From assembly GCA_963719315.1 (NCBI GenBank), contig CAVRBU010000004.1, positions 544,001 through 608,000 on the forward strand: a stretch of DNA of 64,000 nucleotides, in the 5' to 3' direction. Below are positions 62,034-64,000 of this stretch, in pieces. The position numbers and the translations under genes were made by a program. The notes under the pieces were generated by a model that made no database searches, was not told where the DNA came from, and saw nothing but the letters and a program-made list of their open reading frames with translations. Numbering within the stretch: position 1 is the stretch's first letter; every line of letters begins with the position of its first letter. Source of the stretch: an uncultured Planctomycetota bacterium. GTDB lineage: Bacteria; Planctomycetota; Planctomycetia; Pirellulales; Lacipirellulaceae.

Positions 62034-63518
62034 TTACGACGAACCCTCTGGCAACTCAACCGTAAACGTGCTCCCCTGCCCCGGCGTGCTCTCGACGGCG
62101 ACGCGGCCGCCGAAGGCTTGGGCCAGGTGTTTGACGATCGAGAGGCCGAGGCCGGTGCCGCCGAGTTCGCGGGAGCGGGCTTTGTCGACGCGGTAGAAGC
62201 GTTCGAAGACGCGTTGTTGATCTTGCGGTTTGATGCCGATCCCAGTGTCGGTGACAGACAGGAGGATGCAGGATGCGGGATGCCGGATACGGGGAGCGGC
62301 ATCTTCGTTCCTCGCCGCTCGCTCCTCGCCCCTCGCCGCTCGCTCCTCGCGGCGCCAGGCGACGGTGACGGTCCCACCTTCAGGTGTGTATTTGATCGCG
62401 TTGTCCACGAGGTTGTCGAGGATTTCGCGGAGGCCTTCGCGGTCGGCGCGGACGCGGCAGAGTGTGTCGGGAGATGGGTCGTTTGCTTGCGCCGTGATCG
62501 TGATCCGTTTAACTTCGGCGGCTGGGCGTTGGTTTTCAAGGCAGGCGCGGACGACTTCGGCGACGTCGAGCGACGTGATTTCGAACGCCTGGTGGTCGGA
62601 CTCGATGCGGGCCAACATCAGCATGTCGAGGATCAGGTGGTGGAGACGGTCGGCTTGTTCCTCGATGCGCCCTAAGAACTTTTGATTGGTTTCGGGATCG
62701 ATGTCCAAACTGCTGCGGAGCGTTTCGGTGTAGGCCTTGATCGAGCTAAGCGGTGTTTTGAGCTCATGCGAGACGTTGGCCACGAAGTCGCGGCGGATCG
62801 ATTCGAGTCGGCGAAGCTCGGTCGTGTCGTGAATCACGAGCACCACGCCGGGGCACGGCGCGCCGGGCAGCGGCTGGACGTGGATATCGACGCACAGTTT
62901 TTGGGTGCTGGTATTTTCGGTTTCGAGACGCTCCGGTTCGCCGGTCGAAAGGCTGGTCGTCACGGCGGCGTGAAGCGCATGATTGCGAACAACTTCAAGC
63001 AGCGCTCGGCCTTCGATTTCGGCGGGGCGGAAGCCGTACAGCCGGCCGGCGGCTTCATTGGCCAGCACGATGCGTTGCCGCGCGTCCACCGCAATCACGC
63101 CTTCGATCATGCCGCCCAGCGCGGTCGATTGGCGGGCCGCGGTTTGGCTGAGCTGGGCCATGCGGATGCCGAGCGCCTGGCTCATGCGGTTGAGTGTGCC
63201 GGCGAGCGCGCCGAGCTCATCCCGATTCGGCACGTAGACGCGGTGCTGGTAGTCCCCGGCGGCAATGGCGTCGGCGGCCGCGTTGAGCGAGGTGACTGGG
63301 CGTATGATCAGACCGATCAGCCAATACGATATACCGAAGACGCCGACCGACTCGATGGCGACGAGGCTCCAAATCCACCGTCGGGCGGCGACAGGGTCGA
63401 TAACTTGATCCTGCAGCCAACTGGAAAGAACCAAGCCAACCGCGCTGGCCGCGAGGAAATTCAAACCGGCGCAGTTGAGCACCAGCTTCCAGAAGAATCG
63501 CGACGTGGGCATGAGCAT
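62034..63518 (-). CDS. phoR: PhoR-like sensor histidine kinase (HAMP-PAS-HisKA-HATPase)
   Basis: RRDFVANVSHELKTPL, NLVDNAIKYT, RVFERFYRVDKARSRELGGTGLGLSIVKH. Confidence 0.88.
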   Translation of the reverse strand: MLMPTSRFFWKLVLNCAGLNFLAASAVGLVLSSWLQDQVIDPVAARRWIWSLVAIESVGVFGISYWLIGLIIRPVTSLNAAADAIAAGDYQHRVYVPNRDELGALAGTLNRMSQALGIRMAQLSQTAARQSTALGGMIEGVIAVDARQRIVLANEAAGRLYGFRPAEIEGRALLEVVRNHALHAAVTTSLSTGEPERLETENTSTQKLCVDIHVQPLPGAPCPGVVLVIHDTTELRRLESIRRDFVANVSHELKTPLSSIKAYTETLRSSLDIDPETNQKFLGRIEEQADRLHHLILDMLMLARIESDHQAFEITSLDVAEVVRACLENQRPAAEVKRITITAQANDPSPDTLCRVRADREGLREILDNLVDNAIKYTPEGGTVTVAWRREERAARGEERAARNEDAAPRIRHPASCILLSVTDTGIGIKPQDQQRVFERFYRVDKARSRELGGTGLGLSIVKHLAQAFGGRVAVESTPGQGSTFTVELPEGSS

Positions 63519-63520
63519 AG

Positions 63521-63573
63521 TGTAGCCTGCTCGCTCCGCGAGCAGAAACCCGCTCGCAGAGCGAACGGGCTAC
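63521..63573. repeat. GTAG REP doublet (REPIN-like)
   Basis: TGTAGCCTGCTCGCTCCGCGAGCAG inverted with CCGCTCGCAGAGCGAACGGGCTACA. Confidence 0.8.
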
Positions 63574-63575
63574 AC

Positions 63576-64000
63576 TTATTGCGGCTCTTCTGTCGGGGGC
63601 AGGCGCTGGGGCGTGGCGGGCGTGGTCGGTTGTTGGCTAGAAGTTTCGAGTAGAGAACCTGGGCGTAGCGCGATCTGCGGAGTCGGCTCGCCCGAGTGGT
63701 CGGTGAATCCGGCGCCGATCACAGGGTACAGCTGTTGCGGACTGCTTTCCGTGGCGGCCGCTTGAACGGCTTCGGGTTGAACGAGTTTCGGCATCGCGCC
63801 GGAACGAGGGCCAGTGTTGCCCGGCGGCGCACGAGCGGGGGGCGATGTCGGCAGCGGCAGCACGTCGCTCGGCGGCGGCAACGTATCGGGTTCCGGCGAC
63901 GGAACACTATTTGGTTCACTTGGCTCACTTGGTTCACTTAGCACAGGCGAACCGACTTGCTGATCGAATGGGCCGGCGCTCACGACGGGCGACCGCGACG
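63576..64000 (-). CDS. Pro-rich C-terminal part of a protein starting beyond the window
   Basis: Open frame to window edge; SEPSEPSEP and Pro/Thr-rich tail. Confidence 0.6.
   Translation of the reverse strand, partial: SRSPVVSAGPFDQQVGSPVLSEPSEPSEPNSVPSPEPDTLPPPSDVLPLPTSPPARAPPGNTGPRSGAMPKLVQPEAVQAAATESSPQQLYPVIGAGFTDHSGEPTPQIALRPGSLLETSSQQPTTPATPQRLPPTEEPQ

Overview
GC-rich bacterial chromosome segment, very likely a planctomycete (Pirellulales-like). The evidence is 'RRLxxEPLEDRRLLS' export signals, a DUF1501 + PSD1/cytochrome-c pair, and dockerin-like/PEP-CTERM proteins. It encodes housekeeping and envelope genes: gltA, nagB, sodC, a MarR-TolC-adaptor-ABC exporter operon, pstSCAB-phoU-phoB with a distant phoR, a ClC-CBS channel, a phosphoesterase and two tandem CSLREA/choice-of-anchor-Q surface proteins. 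Small accessory cassettes are scattered among these (PIN pair, DUF5678-aspartyl protease pair, DUF2442, an AT-rich HEPN-like gene, a four-helix-bundle gene, ORF6N, ParDE). I see no rRNA, tRNA, CRISPR array, transposase or integrase. The most striking signal is non-coding. Inverted 7-8-mer tandem-repeat 'brackets' recur, with a G-rich arm just after a stop codon and a C-rich arm just before the next start codon. They occur empty, in frame inside phoR, or around cargo, most notably an IVS-type four-helix-bundle gene inside the ABC operon. There are also two MITE families (127 bp x3, 122 bp x2) carrying REP doublets, one nested in the other in the putative pstS leader, and several REP families, some translated in frame. 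About nine genes carry 1-2 nt frameshifts that look like long-read indel errors. All family calls are from motif recognition by eye; no searches were run.
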